Assembly: GCA_965219415.1 (NCBI GenBank)
Contig: OZ244742.1
Location: forward strand, 576,001-640,000
DNA: 64,000 nt
Reading direction: 5' to 3'
From: Candidatus Marinacidobacterales bacterium
GTDB taxonomy: Bacteria; Acidobacteriota; Vicinamibacteria; Marinacidobacterales; DATDRI01
The position numbers were made by a program, and so were the translations under genes. The notes beneath the pieces are model-generated. The model was not told where the DNA came from and ran no database searches. It saw only the letters and a list, made by a program, of their open reading frames with translations. Below are positions 31,106 through 42,574 of this stretch, piece after piece. Each line of letters starts with the position of its first letter. The first letter of the stretch is position 1.

Positions 31106-32147
31106 GTGAAGAGTCTCCTCGGCAACCTACTCGTTCTTGCGCTGTCGACCGTACTCGGCCTCATCCTCCTCGAGACGGCTTATCGGTTCTATCTTTTCGG
31201 TTGGGACGCCTTTTCCACCGAAAAGGTGAATAGCGTGAACGCGCTCGGGCTTTCCGGCTTGCTGCAGCCGTCCTCCAACACGGATCTCGTCTTCGAGCTC
31301 AAGCCCAATGTCGATACGTACTTCAAATTGGTTCCCTTCCAGACCAACTCGCAGGGGTTGCGCGACAAGGAATACGCACTCGATAAACCGACCGGTGTTC
31401 TTCCGTGTCGCGGTGCTCGGGGATTCGTTCACTTTACCCAGCGGCGTCGCCATCGAAGATGCGTTTCACTCCCCACTCGAAGATCGCTTGAATTTAGGCA
31501 AGGAGTCGACGCGTTACGAATTCATCAACTTCGCGGTGGGTGCCTATACCCTGCAGCAATACCTAAGCGCGATTCGACACAGGGCCATGGAATACGATCC
31601 CGATTTGATCCTCATCGGCTTTTGCGCCGGTAACGATCACAAGGTGTTCCTGCCCGACCGATTCCCTGATCGCTACCGTCCCAAAGGGCGGACCTATCCC
31701 TTCTACGGTTCGTTCGTGGTCAACGCGGTCGCCCTCAAGTTGCAAGAATCCCAGGTGGAGGAGGAACGAGGCCGCCTCACAGATCGGCAAGCTCGCTATC
31801 TAGAAAGGGTCTTCGGTGAGCTGGCGGCGTTCAGCGAAGCGGAAGAGATCCCCGTTGTGCTGGTATACCTTTCGAACCAGGAGGAAAACTACCAAACCAT
31901 CGAAGAGCTGGCGTTGGCCAACGGCATCGAGCATTTTCTCGACGTGAGCTCGGCCTTCCGCGGGACGAAGCTCTCCGACTATCGAATCCTCCCCATCGAC
32001 AACCATCCCAACGCCAACGCCAAGGCGCACCGGATCTTCGCCGATCGCACCTACGAGTACTTAGTAAAGGAGAACCTGCTCCGGAAGAAAAGCGCAGTGA
32101 TTCAGTTCTCTCGTGCCAGGCCCAAGATACCGAGGCGATTCTCGTAG
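31106..32147 (+). CDS. membrane-anchored SGNH/GDSL hydrolase, frameshift near 31400
   Basis: N-terminal TM, TNSQGLRD, LGDSFT, GND and DNHPN motifs. Confidence 0.8.
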
Positions 32148-33569
32148 GCGACGGGGTTGCCCTCGAGATCCGACAGCGGCAGGGGCGGCGACTTCTTGTA
32201 GGTCGCGAGCGTAACGACAACCAGGGTGAGCGCGGACAGCGCGGCGGCTATCAAGTCCGCCGGATAGTCGGACTGGACATAGGCGAAGACAATCCACGCT
32301 GCCAATCCAACGACAATACTGGCAAGCGCCGCAGGGCCGTTGGCCTTCTTCCAATACAGGCCGGCTGTCAGAGGTGCGAACAGAGACACCAGCAATACGG
32401 CCCAAGAGTTCACCATCAGCTCGTAGATATTCTGAAAGTAGAACGCGATCCCCAACGATAGAATCGCGATCGCTATAACCGTCCCGCGGATGAGTCGGAG
32501 CAAGTCTCGCTCGCTTGCGTCCTTCTTGAGGAGCTTCACGACATTTTGGCCGAGAAGATACTGGCCGGTGCGAGAAGCGCGCTGTCGGCGGAGCTCATCA
32601 GTGCAGAGAGCAACGCACCGACGAAAAGCGCCATCGCAATGGGTGTAGGTACTTCAAACCGAGTGCCGGCAAAATGAGCTCGGGATCGGCAATGTCCTTG
32701 ATGACCGTTGCGCCCGCGATCCCGAGAGCGACGGGGATCAATCCGACCGTAAGGTACAGGAGACCAGACAAGTACGCGCTGTTCTGAGCGACCCTTTCGT
32801 CCCTGGCACCCAGGGCGCGCTGAAAGAGATCTTGCGCCGGGATGCTCCCGAACCCAATAACGAGCCAGGCCTCGATGTACCAAGTCCAATCTTTGAACGT
32901 GCGCTCGGGGAGAAATCGGAAATGCTCGCTACCCAACTGCGTCTCGACCGCACTCCAACCACCCGCATCCTGCAGAACTAGGGGTAGGAGGATGGCGAGC
33001 CCCACGATCAAGACGATCGCTTGAAAAAAATCTGTGATCGCCACCGCCCACATCCCACCCGCTATCGTGTAGGCAACCACGATGGCCGCTCCGACCGCGA
33101 GGGCAAGCGTGGTATCGATGCCGGTCAGCGTGTGCAGTATGTAGCCGAAGGCGACGAACTGCGCGCCCGTCCAACCCACGTACGCCGGTACAAGCGCCAC
33201 GCTAGCAAGAAACTCCGCCCGCGGGCCGTAACGGGTGCGGAAGAAATCGGCAACCGTTAGAAGCTTCATCCGGCGCAGAATGCGGACGTAAAACATGCCG
33301 GCGAGGAAAAGGCAGAGCCCGGCGCCGAAGGGATCTGCGATCGTGGCGAGCACTCCGCTTCCGTACGCCGTACCCGCCGCGCCCATGCACGTCCCGGCTC
33401 CGAACCAGGTCGCGAACAGAATAAAGGTGCAAAGCCATAAGGGTAGGCGGCGTCCGGCGACGATGAAATCGGCGCTATCCTTGACCCGCCGACCGACGAA
33501 CACGCCGACCGCCAGGAGCAGCACGAGGTAGGCGCCACAGCCTAGGAGAACGATCGTTTCGTCAGTCAA
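32102..33569 (-). CDS. sodium:solute symporter, two frameshifts
   Basis: DFIVAGRRLP, ATWFG, GGMWAVAITD, QDLFQR and SALMSSADS motifs. Confidence 0.87.
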
Positions 33570-33585
33570 GGAGTTCGGCTCGTCG

Positions 33586-33969
33586 CTACGGTTCCGGCGG
33601 AAGTTCCGTGGAATGCGCCAGCCACAGTTTCCAGCTGCCGTCCTTTTTTTGAAAGACGTCGGTGAAGCTTCCTCGGGAAACCAGCGTCTCACCGTTGGGC
33701 AGACGAACTTGCGCTCGCTGGATACCGACCGCCACTGCGATATTGTCCTGATCTTCGATGCGGATGGACTCGAAACCGATCTCTTCGATTGTGTAGGGAG
33801 CCTCAACGATGTTGTTGACGAACTCCTCCCTCGTCAGGCGTTCTCCACCCGATTGAAGGTGAACGAAGTCCTCGTCGAGGATGGCGTTTAGGGTTTCCGA
33901 GTTGCGGGAGGCGATGGCGCGGAGGATCTCTTCGCTAATGCGAAGAAGCCCTTCGGTCTCGCCCGTCAT
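33586..33969 (-). CDS. NTF2/DUF4440-family protein
   Basis: LDEDFVH and FTDVFQKKDGSWKLWLAHS motifs. Confidence 0.8.
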   Translation of the reverse strand: MTGETEGLLRISEEILRAIASRNSETLNAILDEDFVHLQSGGERLTREEFVNNIVEAPYTIEEIGFESIRIEDQDNIAVAVGIQRAQVRLPNGETLVSRGSFTDVFQKKDGSWKLWLAHSTELPPEP

Positions 33970-33992
33970 AGGGGGGCCAGGCGGCTAAGAGG

Positions 33993-34038
33993 TTCGGGGA
34001 CAGGTTATTCAATTCGAGTTAAATAACCTGTCCCCGAA
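33993..34038. repeat. perfect 17-bp inverted repeat (REP-like hairpin)
   Basis: TTCGGGGACAGGTTATT-N12-AATAACCTGTCCCCGAA. Confidence 0.85.
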
Positions 34039-34044
34039 TTCGAG

Positions 34045-34854
34045 CTAGAAGCCTGGGACCTTACCGGCCTTCTTGTAGCATTGGAAGATGATGTGCAGGC
34101 CAATGGCAATCATTACGAGCCAACCGATCCACCACGTCGATTCGGTGAGTCCGAGGTTGCCACCCGCAAAGTAGGTCGTGTGCTGCCCGATCATACCCCA
34201 CAGCAAGGGCAGTGACAGATACGTATTGTGCTTGGACCGAAGGCCTGCCAACTTCACGAGATCGCCGTCGGGCGCGTTACCCTCCTTGATGGCTCTGATG
34301 ATCTTCTGTTGGGCGGGCCAAATTCGGAACCAGACGTTGAACGCCATCATCGTTCCGAACATGGCACCCGTGTGGATCAGCGTGCCGCGATAGCTGAACC
34401 CGCCGACGTGCACGAAGAGATACACGACGATGGCCAGCAATATGTAAGAAACACCGAACGCGAGCCGCACGTTCTTGGCCAGCGACGTCTTCCACAAGAA
34501 GTCGTAGACGAACACCGCAAGAAACGTGACGACGATCATGATCGCAGCGCCGCTCGTCCAATCACCGGTGGTGGTGTTGTTGGTCATGTAGTAAACGAGC
34601 GCGAGGAGCAAGACACCGGTGATCCAGGTCCAGGCGGCTCCCCATCGGAACCAAAACAGGGCCCGCGGCATGAGCTCGGGAACCACGGTTTTCTTAGTTG
34701 CCCCGTCCAGCTTTGCCGCAAAGGGACCGTTGACCCAATTAAAGAAGTAAAGATGGCCGATCCAAATGATGCCGACGAAGACGTGCATCCATCGAAAGAT
34801 AGCTTCCAAAGCCGAGGAAACCATATTCGCCCCCTCCCATTCGTATGCGAACAC
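34045..34854 (-). CDS. PuuD/urate-oxidase N-terminal-like membrane protein without a cytochrome c domain
   Basis: RWMHVFVGIIWIG, WFRWGAAWTWITG, GTMMAFNVWFRIWPAQ and RSKHNTY motifs. No CxxCH. Confidence 0.8.
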   Translation of the reverse strand: MFAYEWEGANMVSSALEAIFRWMHVFVGIIWIGHLYFFNWVNGPFAAKLDGATKKTVVPELMPRALFWFRWGAAWTWITGVLLLALVYYMTNNTTTGDWTSGAAIMIVVTFLAVFVYDFLWKTSLAKNVRLAFGVSYILLAIVVYLFVHVGGFSYRGTLIHTGAMFGTMMAFNVWFRIWPAQQKIIRAIKEGNAPDGDLVKLAGLRSKHNTYLSLPLLWGMIGQHTTYFAGGNLGLTESTWWIGWLVMIAIGLHIIFQCYKKAGKVPGF

Positions 34855-34969
34855 GGCCGACTAGCAATTCCGCTGACCGCCGGCCTGTTGTTGGTTTGAA
34901 GCGCGAGCCTGTCAAGCGGCCGGAGTGTAACACCGCCCCCTGGGATTGTCTATACCGGCCGATTGTGCT

Positions 34970-36088
34970 CTAAACAGGAGGCTTGCTGTCTTCCCCGTAC
35001 CCGGTGAGCTCTACGTACCCTCGTCCCAGCTCTTCTCCGTCCGCCCCGCGAACCGTGACCGCCCCCTCCCAGTAATAGACGCCGCCGGGCAGAGCGCTCT
35101 TATTCTCTTGATCGGAAAATACCGGTTTCACGTCGAGCACCAGCTCCTCCCCCGGAACCGCGATGGTCCAGCGACTGGGATAAAGAGCCCCCGTGTCTTC
35201 GCTCTTCCAGGAATCCCCAATCCGGACGCTCCACTCGCCCGGAGCTAGGTATCGGGCTTCCCCTTCCTCACTAATCAGCGTGGCGTGACGAAAGTCGGCG
35301 GCTCCGTCTTCACGCCGCAGTACGTAGAGCATGACCTCGCGGCCGTCCTCAAGCTGAAGACTGAACCAGTCCCAACCGACCTGGTTTTCAGTAAGCTGTG
35401 ACGAAGAAAACTCCTTGTCCATCCAGCTCTCCCCGCGGACCTCGAAGCTCGCCCCATCGAGGCGGAGTGTCCCTTCCGTAGCCAGTCGGGTGAAGCTGTA
35501 GTAGAGACTCGCGGCTCCGGGCTCATTTCCCTTTCGACTGAAACCGTTGGGCCCTTGCAGCACCAAAGGCTTCGTGGGTTCCGTGCGCAATTCGAACGCG
35601 AAACCCTTTGCATCGTCGGCCATCGTGAAGTCGAACGACCGGCCGTTCCACCGAAGCGTCCACCTGTCGGCAGAGCCCACCGGGCCCCGCACCCAAGCCA
35701 CGAGTGGATTAGGAAACCGGCCGAACCCGCCGAGAAGAGCGACATCCCGATAGAGGAGCTCGCTGAAACGATGCTCTTTCCGGCCCAGATCGGTGATAGC
35801 GGCGTGTCCCATGATGAGGCCGTCGGTGGCCCAATTCGAATCAAGGGCAGGCCGCGCGGTCAGCAGACCGATCCGAAACAACGTGAATTGATAGCCGAAG
35901 CGGCGTTGCGGCTCGGACGTCGTGGCGAGGTGGCCCGTGAAGTACCACCATTCTGTGCGGTACTCCCGATGGGACCAGTGATCCCTCGGAAAAGACCAGG
36001 CGTAGTCAGACTCCGCAAACTTCCAGTCACTCGCGAACAGCAGAGTCGCCGCGACTAACGAAAGCAGGAACGGCAGACCAGCTCTCAA
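34970..36088 (-). CDS. AttH/CrtC-like lipocalin-domain protein
   Basis: FPRDH, EWWYFTG, SLYYS, WMDKEF, GWDWF, YWEG and GYVELTGY motifs. Confidence 0.88.
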   Translation of the reverse strand: MRAGLPFLLSLVAATLLFASDWKFAESDYAWSFPRDHWSHREYRTEWWYFTGHLATTSEPQRRFGYQFTLFRIGLLTARPALDSNWATDGLIMGHAAITDLGRKEHRFSELLYRDVALLGGFGRFPNPLVAWVRGPVGSADRWTLRWNGRSFDFTMADDAKGFAFELRTEPTKPLVLQGPNGFSRKGNEPGAASLYYSFTRLATEGTLRLDGASFEVRGESWMDKEFSSSQLTENQVGWDWFSLQLEDGREVMLYVLRREDGAADFRHATLISEEGEARYLAPGEWSVRIGDSWKSEDTGALYPSRWTIAVPGEELVLDVKPVFSDQENKSALPGGVYYWEGAVTVRGADGEELGRGYVELTGYGEDSKPPV

Positions 36089-38616
36089 ATATCCTCTCTT
36101 CTCAGCTCGGTGGCCGGAGTTCGCGCCGCCCGCAGCGCCGGATAGAGACTGGCCGCGGCCGCGGCGACGAGGATGGCCGCCGCCTGGCTCAACAAGCTTT
36201 CCCACGGCCAATGGAGCGCGATGGTCCAGCCGAAGTACGTCCTGTTAATGATGAAAATCAAGATGAACGCCAAAAGCACGCCCCCGGCTCCGCCCAAGCC
36301 CAAAGCGTAGATGGCCATCCCCACTCCCTTTCCTAGGTATGTCCGAAAGATCTGGTGCCGCTCCGCACCGAGCGCGCGGTAGAGCGCTAGCTCCGAAACG
36401 CGTTCACGCGCCATGACGAGTAGGGTCAGCGTGATACCGCAGACCGCGATCAAAAGACTCATCGCCTGCAGTAACTGTGTGACCGCGAAGGTTTGGTCGA
36501 AAATGCTGAACACTTCTCTGCGGAGGAGCCGATTGCTCCGGATCTCGAGCGGCCGATCGGAGAAGCGAGCCATCAACCCATCGACAGCCTGCTCGGCGTC
36601 GATTCCAGGGTCGAGATAAAGAGCCAAGTTGCTGACTTCTCCCGCGCCGAAGTGTGCTTCCATCGTCGCGAGATCCATGAACGCCGAGCCTCCTTCGGTG
36701 CTGAAATCGTAGTAGACGCCGGCAATGGGAAACTCGACCTCATTGTTCTTTGTATAGAGTGCCAAATGGTCGCCGGTAGAGAGTCCGAACTTCCGTGACA
36801 AAGGCTCACTGATGATCACTGCCCCCTCTTCGCGAACTTCGCCGAGCGCCCGTCCTGGCTCGCCTTCGAGGAGGGAGAAACGGGCCTCGCTGAGCTCGAG
36901 CCCCATGTCGACGCCCTCGAGGGAGATGCGGCGGTCATCGGGATAGGCGGGGGGATAGACGAATAGCTGCCGGAGACGATCGATAGCCCGAACACCCGGG
37001 TGAGAAGCCAAATCCGAAACGAGTTGCCGGTCGAGCGTCGCTTCGATACGGCCGCGCGTCCAAGATTTGCTCGTAATGTAGATATCCGCGCGCAACGTGG
37101 AGTTCACCATGACCTCGAGCGTCTGTCTAAAGCTCCCGACCATCACCGTCACGCCGACCATCATGCACACCGCCACCGCGACCGCGGCAATGGCGAAGGG
37201 CGTCGTCTGCAGCTGTTGCCCGAGCCCTCTCAACCCAAACGCGAAACCGAAGCCCCCGCCTCGAATGTGCCGCGCGCCCTGCTGCACCAGCAACGGTGCG
37301 ATCAAAGGGATCGATAGAACGAGCGCCAGAGCCAAGACGAAACCGCCCGGGCGCCAACCTTCTCCGGCCAGCTGGTAGATCGCTCCGGCGCCGGCGAGAA
37401 GCACCAGACCGCCAAAGAAGAGCGGGAGCGTAGCAGCGCCTATCCGTTCGTGAAGTGTGAACGCCGCCAAGAGGGCACGCGTATCTTTGCGGCTGATGTC
37501 CAGGGCTGGGAAGATCGCCCCCAGGAAGGCTCCCGCGAGACCCACGAAAGTGGCCAATGGAAACAACCAGGCGGGGATCACCAGCGACTCGATCTGCTCG
37601 AGCAGATAGACGTTGGTCAACGTGGCGCTCACTTGGTCGACGTAGGTGACGGCCCCGGCGTAACCCAACGGGATCCCGAGTGCCACCCCGAGTAAGGCCA
37701 GGAAGGCTGTTTCCGCAAGAATCAGACCCAAGAGCTGGCCCCGCGTCGCGCCGAGCGAACGGAGCAATCCGAACCCCACCCTTCGCCGAACGAGCGACGC
37801 CTGCGTGCTCGCAAATACGAGAAAGGCGCCCACCAACAAGCTGATCAGACTCAGGGCAGTGAGATTGAGCCGGAAGGCGCTCAGCAGATTCGCCGCCTGG
37901 TTCTCGCGTTGTGCGGGCGTGAGAATACGCACCGACGGACCGAGTCTCTCTTTGAGCACCGCCGCGACCCGCTCCGGCTCCTCGCTTGCTGTCAGATCGA
38001 TCTGATGAATCTCCCCGACATTGCCGAACAGACTCTGCGCCTGCGCGATGTCCATCACCGCTAGCTTGCGGCTCGCCAGTGGGGTAGCCTTCTTGAAATC
38101 TACAAGGGCCCCGACACGGAGCTCCACCCGGCGCGATCCACTCACGACTTCGAAGCGGTCGCCCACTTTCCAACCTCTCTCCTCCGCGAAATCGGGTGAC
38201 ACCGCGATCCAGCCGCTCTCGCCCAGGGTTGCCGAAAGCTCGCCGGGCGGAGATTTCCACGGCAATTTCAAAGGCGCAAAGAGATCGAAGCCGAGCACGT
38301 CGAGGAAAACCTCTTCCGCTCCCGCGAGTGCTACCTCCAATCGAAAAAGAGGCCACGCGGCGCTGACACCCTTGGTGGATAGGACCGCCGGGTAGATTTC
38401 TTCAGAGAGCGACGGCGTCCGCCCCACGATGCTCAAATCCGCTTCTCCACTGATCGCACGGACGCTTCCCTTGAAGGTGCCCAGAGCGTTGAGGTTGATA
38501 ATTTGTATGGAAAGGACGGAGGCGACGCCCAGCGCGACGCCGAGGAGACTGAGCAGGAAGAGACTCCGCCCGCTGCGGAACTGCGCGAGCAGGTCCCGAA
38601 GGAAGTAGCGGATCAC
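36085..38616 (-). CDS. FtsX-like ABC permease (AttF/G-like)
   Basis: MDIAQAQ, AFRLNLTALS and FSIFDQTFAVT motifs, located between the ABC ATPase and attH-like genes. Confidence 0.9.
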   Translation of the reverse strand: MIRYFLRDLLAQFRSGRSLFLLSLLGVALGVASVLSIQIINLNALGTFKGSVRAISGEADLSIVGRTPSLSEEIYPAVLSTKGVSAAWPLFRLEVALAGAEEVFLDVLGFDLFAPLKLPWKSPPGELSATLGESGWIAVSPDFAEERGWKVGDRFEVVSGSRRVELRVGALVDFKKATPLASRKLAVMDIAQAQSLFGNVGEIHQIDLTASEEPERVAAVLKERLGPSVRILTPAQRENQAANLLSAFRLNLTALSLISLLVGAFLVFASTQASLVRRRVGFGLLRSLGATRGQLLGLILAETAFLALLGVALGIPLGYAGAVTYVDQVSATLTNVYLLEQIESLVIPAWLFPLATFVGLAGAFLGAIFPALDISRKDTRALLAAFTLHERIGAATLPLFFGGLVLLAGAGAIYQLAGEGWRPGGFVLALALVLSIPLIAPLLVQQGARHIRGGGFGFAFGLRGLGQQLQTTPFAIAAVAVAVCMMVGVTVMVGSFRQTLEVMVNSTLRADIYITSKSWTRGRIEATLDRQLVSDLASHPGVRAIDRLRQLFVYPPAYPDDRRISLEGVDMGLELSEARFSLLEGEPGRALGEVREEGAVIISEPLSRKFGLSTGDHLALYTKNNEVEFPIAGVYYDFSTEGGSAFMDLATMEAHFGAGEVSNLALYLDPGIDAEQAVDGLMARFSDRPLEIRSNRLLRREVFSIFDQTFAVTQLLQAMSLLIAVCGITLTLLVMARERVSELALYRALGAERHQIFRTYLGKGVGMAIYALGLGGAGGVLLAFILIFIINRTYFGWTIALHWPWESLLSQAAAILVAAAAASLYPALRAARTPATELRREDI

Positions 38617-39332
38617 TCGAGAATGCCGCTGTGAAGCCGCCGGGTCTCGTCGGCGAGGGCGGCGAGCTCCAAGCTGTGAGTGACGTAGAGCAAGGTGCTC
38701 CGCTCATCCTCCACCAGGCGAACCAAGAGCTCCATGACCTTGAACGAATTCTCGTCGTCCAAGTTCCCCGTGGGCTCGTCCGCGAGAAGGAGTCGCGGAC
38801 GACGAAGCAGAGCCCGACAAATCGCCACCCTCTGCATCTCTCCCCCGCTCAGCTTCTGAGCGGGCTCTCCCGCTCGGTCGAGTAGATCGACACGTCGGAG
38901 AAGATCGCGTGCCCGAGCGTCGTTCTCGCTCGGAGAGTCGGCGGCGATCCAGCCCGGCAGCACGACGTTCTCCCAAACAGTGAGGTGCGGAAGGAGATGA
39001 AAGAATTGGAAAACCAGTCCGATCTTTTCCCGCCTGGTAAGCGTGCGCTCGCGCTCGGAGAGCTCGGCCAAGTTGCGCCCGAGGCACAGCACCTCACCTG
39101 CGGTCGGAACATCGATACCTGCCGCCAGATGAAGTAACGTCGACTTTCCGCTTCCGCTCCGGCCGATGATCGCGACCTTCTTCCCCGCCGGCACCTGAAT
39201 GGAGACGTTTTGAAGCGCGTGAAGGACCGTACCGCTCGCTTGCTGGTAGGTTTTCGAGACGTTTTGAAGGACCAGCGCGGGGTAATCGTTATTCATGAAG
39301 GCGGGATCGTTCTCACCGAGGGAGCTTGCCAT
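38613..39332 (-). CDS. ABC transporter ATP-binding protein (AttE/LolD-like)
   Basis: GRSGSGKST, LSGGEMQR and DEPTGNLD motifs. Confidence 0.92.
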   Translation of the reverse strand: MASSLGENDPAFMNNDYPALVLQNVSKTYQQASGTVLHALQNVSIQVPAGKKVAIIGRSGSGKSTLLHLAAGIDVPTAGEVLCLGRNLAELSERERTLTRREKIGLVFQFFHLLPHLTVWENVVLPGWIAADSPSENDARARDLLRRVDLLDRAGEPAQKLSGGEMQRVAICRALLRRPRLLLADEPTGNLDDENSFKVMELLVRLVEDERSTLLYVTHSLELAALADETRRLHSGILE

Positions 39333-40338
39333 TTCGCGCTGCGACGACCTGTGCCATCACCGCCAGGGCGATCTCCTCCGGCGTTCTGGAACCTATGTCG
39401 AGACCGATGGGAGCCCAGAGCCGGCTGATTTCCACTTTGGACAGTCCGGCCGCGGATAATCGCTTCCGCCGTTTCTCCTGAGTCTTTCGACTACCGAGCG
39501 CTCCAACGTAAAAGGCTTTGCTTCGGAGCGCGGTTTGCAACGCCGGATCGTCCAGCTTCGGATCGTGAGTCAGCGTCGCCACCGCGGTCGAGCGGTTCAG
39601 CCCGATCTCTTCGAGCGCTTCCGACGGCCATTCGGAGATGAGGCGATCGGCGTGCGGAAATCTTTCGTCGTTGCCGAAGACGTCACGAGGATCGACGACC
39701 ACCGTACGGTAACCGAGCGCCTTGGCGAGAGAAGTGAGCCCGATCGCGATATGGACTCCTCCGACCGCGACCATGGTGGGCGGTGGCAGAATGACGTCGA
39801 TGAAGGTCTCGGTGTCGCCCTGTCGGAACCGACGTGGAACCCCCTCGGAAAGCGCGGTCTCAGCCTCCCCGATCACCGTCTCATCGATCACATCCGCAGG
39901 AGCACCGACGACCGTCCCGTCTTCCTCGAGCATGATGGTGTGACCGGTCGCGGCTCCATCTACGATGGTGACTGACGCAATGGCACGATCCTCCTCGAGC
40001 GACTCTTTGATTCGCTGATGCGTTTCGTTTTTAAGAACAGCCACGAAGACTTCGATCTTGCCGCCACACGCCAAGCCAACTTCCCAAGCCATCTCATCAC
40101 TGACGCCGAAGTGCAACAGGCGCGGTTTGCCACTCTTCAATACTTCCGTGCCCGCCTCGACCACCGCCGCCTCGACGCAACCACCGCTTACCGAGCCCGC
40201 AATGCGGGCATCCGACGTCATGGCCATTTTGGCCCCTACTCCGCGCGGCGCGGATCCCCATGTCTGGATCACCGTGGCCAACGCCACTGGCTGCCCCTCG
40301 GCCCTCCAGCGCTCGATATCTTCTAGAACGTCGAACAT
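39313..40338 (-). CDS. XdhC/CoxF-family Moco insertion chaperone
   Basis: GSVSGGCVE, GLACGG, THDPKLDD, YVGALGS and PEEIA motifs. Confidence 0.92.
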   Translation of the reverse strand: MFDVLEDIERWRAEGQPVALATVIQTWGSAPRGVGAKMAMTSDARIAGSVSGGCVEAAVVEAGTEVLKSGKPRLLHFGVSDEMAWEVGLACGGKIEVFVAVLKNETHQRIKESLEEDRAIASVTIVDGAATGHTIMLEEDGTVVGAPADVIDETVIGEAETALSEGVPRRFRQGDTETFIDVILPPPTMVAVGGVHIAIGLTSLAKALGYRTVVVDPRDVFGNDERFPHADRLISEWPSEALEEIGLNRSTAVATLTHDPKLDDPALQTALRSKAFYVGALGSRKTQEKRRKRLSAAGLSKVEISRLWAPIGLDIGSRTPEEIALAVMAQVVAARNGKLPR

Positions 40339-40343
40339 AGGCC

Positions 40344-41575
40344 TCAGCCTACCTTTCTCCGAAGCGAACGACGTCTCGGAGCCTTCCTCCGATCCAAGTT
40401 CGCGAGATGTAGTGCCAGCTCTTCCAAACTGGTCAAGTTATGCACCGGCAGAAAGTCGTCTACATAGGGTAGCGCCGCCTGCATGCCACGCGTCAACGGT
40501 TCGTACTCTGGCGAGCCCAGCAACGGGTTGAGCCAAACCAATCGGTAGCAACTTCGTGAAAGCCTTCCCATTTCTCTCTTGAGCAGCTCCGGATCGCCCC
40601 GATCCCACCCGTCACTGATGAGGAGCACGACCGCGCCGCTCCCCAAGACCCGCCGTGCCCATGTGAAATTGAAATCCTTGAGCGCCTGCCCGATTCTGGT
40701 GCCACCCGACCAATCGCGGACCGACTGCGAGACCTCGCCGAGCGCCCGTTCGATTTCTCGCTCCCTCATCTCTCGGCTGATACACGTCAGTCGAGTACCG
40801 AAAAGGAATGCCTCCACTCTCTGATCGAGTCCTCGCGTGAGGCTGTAGATGAAGTGGAGCAGCAAACGCGTGTACCGCTCCATCGAGCCACTGATGTCTG
40901 CCAAGACGACCAGCGGACGCGGTTTGAACCGAGGCTCCCGTCGTGCCCACTCGACGAACTCTCCACCCCGCTTGAGACTTAGCCGAATCGTCCGCCTCAA
41001 GTCGAGCCGATTCCCAGGCCCCGGCCTTTGACGCCGAGTGCGTCGCTCTCCCAGTTGCCAGATGAGCTCAGACATGAGGCGCTTGATGTTTTCCAACTCT
41101 TCTCCGGATAGATCGGCGAAGTCTCGCTGCCTCAAGACCTCCTGCACACCGTAGGTACGGGTGGTCTCCAAAATCGGGGGCGCATCGTCCGCCGCTCCTT
41201 CACCCTCGTCTTCGTCCGCTTTATGCAACGGCCGCGATGCAACGAGCGGGCGACGACGCGTCTTCTTTACGCCCAGACTCAACTCCACAGTCTTCCACTC
41301 GTCCACCGACTTCTGCCAAAACATCTCGAAGGCCTCGTCGAAGAGTTGGAGGTCCTCTCGTCGATGCACTAAGAGGCTTCGCGCCGCGTGGTAGAAATCG
41401 TCGCGCCGGGCGATGTCGATGTGTTCTAAGGCGTGCACGAGATCCATCATCCGTCCCGGATTGACGTCCAAGCCGAGCCCGCGCAGCAAGCGGCCAAACA
41501 GAATCAGATTGTGAAAGAAGTTGCTCGCCTGAGGCGGGTCTTCCAGTGTTGATGGCGGAATCGATGACACCATCG
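40344..41575 (-). CDS. coxE: CoxE-like VWA protein
   Basis: DISGSMERY, GGTRIG, SDGWDRG and WLNPL motifs. Confidence 0.88.
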
Positions 41576-41592
41576 ATAGACCTCGGGGCGCG

Positions 41593-42480
41593 CTAGCCAG
41601 TAGCCCGGACGCGGTCCAAAATCGCGTGCGCGTTCTCACCGCTGATCTTCTCTACGTCATCCTGGTACTTGAGTATGACGCCCAGAGTTTCCTCCACGAC
41701 ACTTTCGTCGAGTGCCTTCTGATCGAGCGCGATCAGCGCCTCGGTCCAGTCGAGGGTCTCCGCCACGCCCGGGAACTTGTAAAGATCGGCTCGACGCACC
41801 TCTTGAATGAAATGTGTCACTTGGCGGGCGAGCTGATCCGGTGCATCGGGCAGCTTGGCGCGCACGATCTCGAGCTCCTTTTCGAACGACGGGTAGTCGA
41901 TCCAGAAGTAGAAGCAGCGACGCTTGAGCGCGTCGTGGACCTCTCTGGTGCGGTTGGAGGTGACCGTCACAATCGGGCGATGCGTCGCGGTGATGGTCCC
42001 GATCTCGGGGATAGTGATCTGGTAATCAGAGAGAATCTCAAGCAGGAACGCTTCGAACTCCTCGTCGCCGCGATCGACCTCGTCGACGAGCAGCACCGGG
42101 GCCTTGTCTTGCGAATGGTCGATGGCCCGCAGAAGCGGTCTCTTCAACAGAAACTCGGGACCAAAGAGCTCTGCCTCGTCGGTCTTTTCCTTTCGGGACT
42201 CTGCCAACCGGATGTGCATCATCTGCCGAGAGTAGTTCCACTCGTAGATGGCATGATGCACGTCCAGGCCCTCGTAGCACTGAAGCCGGATGAGCTCGGT
42301 ATCGAGAAGCCGAGCCACCACCTTGGCCACTTCGGTCTTTCCCACGCCCGCCTCGCCCTCCAAAAAAAGTGGGCGCCCGAGCTTGAGGGACAGGTAAATC
42401 GCGGTCGCCAAGCCGCGATCGGCTACATAGAGATGCTCACGGAGGCTGGCTTGAAGATCGTCAATGGATTGAATGTTCAA
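41593..42480 (-). CDS. coxD: CoxD-like MoxR AAA+ ATPase
   Basis: GEAGVGKT, LQCYEGLD, TSNRTREVHDALKRRC and PGVAETLDW motifs. Confidence 0.9.
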   Translation of the reverse strand: MNIQSIDDLQASLREHLYVADRGLATAIYLSLKLGRPLFLEGEAGVGKTEVAKVVARLLDTELIRLQCYEGLDVHHAIYEWNYSRQMMHIRLAESRKEKTDEAELFGPEFLLKRPLLRAIDHSQDKAPVLLVDEVDRGDEEFEAFLLEILSDYQITIPEIGTITATHRPIVTVTSNRTREVHDALKRRCFYFWIDYPSFEKELEIVRAKLPDAPDQLARQVTHFIQEVRRADLYKFPGVAETLDWTEALIALDQKALDESVVEETLGVILKYQDDVEKISGENAHAILDRVRATG

Positions 42481-42574
42481 GTTCGTCGTCTTCCTTGGGT
42501 GCCCCAGAATAGACGTTCCCCCCGAGACAAATCAAGGCAGGGAGTGAAGCCGAGGGAAAGGTCGATTGGTTTCT

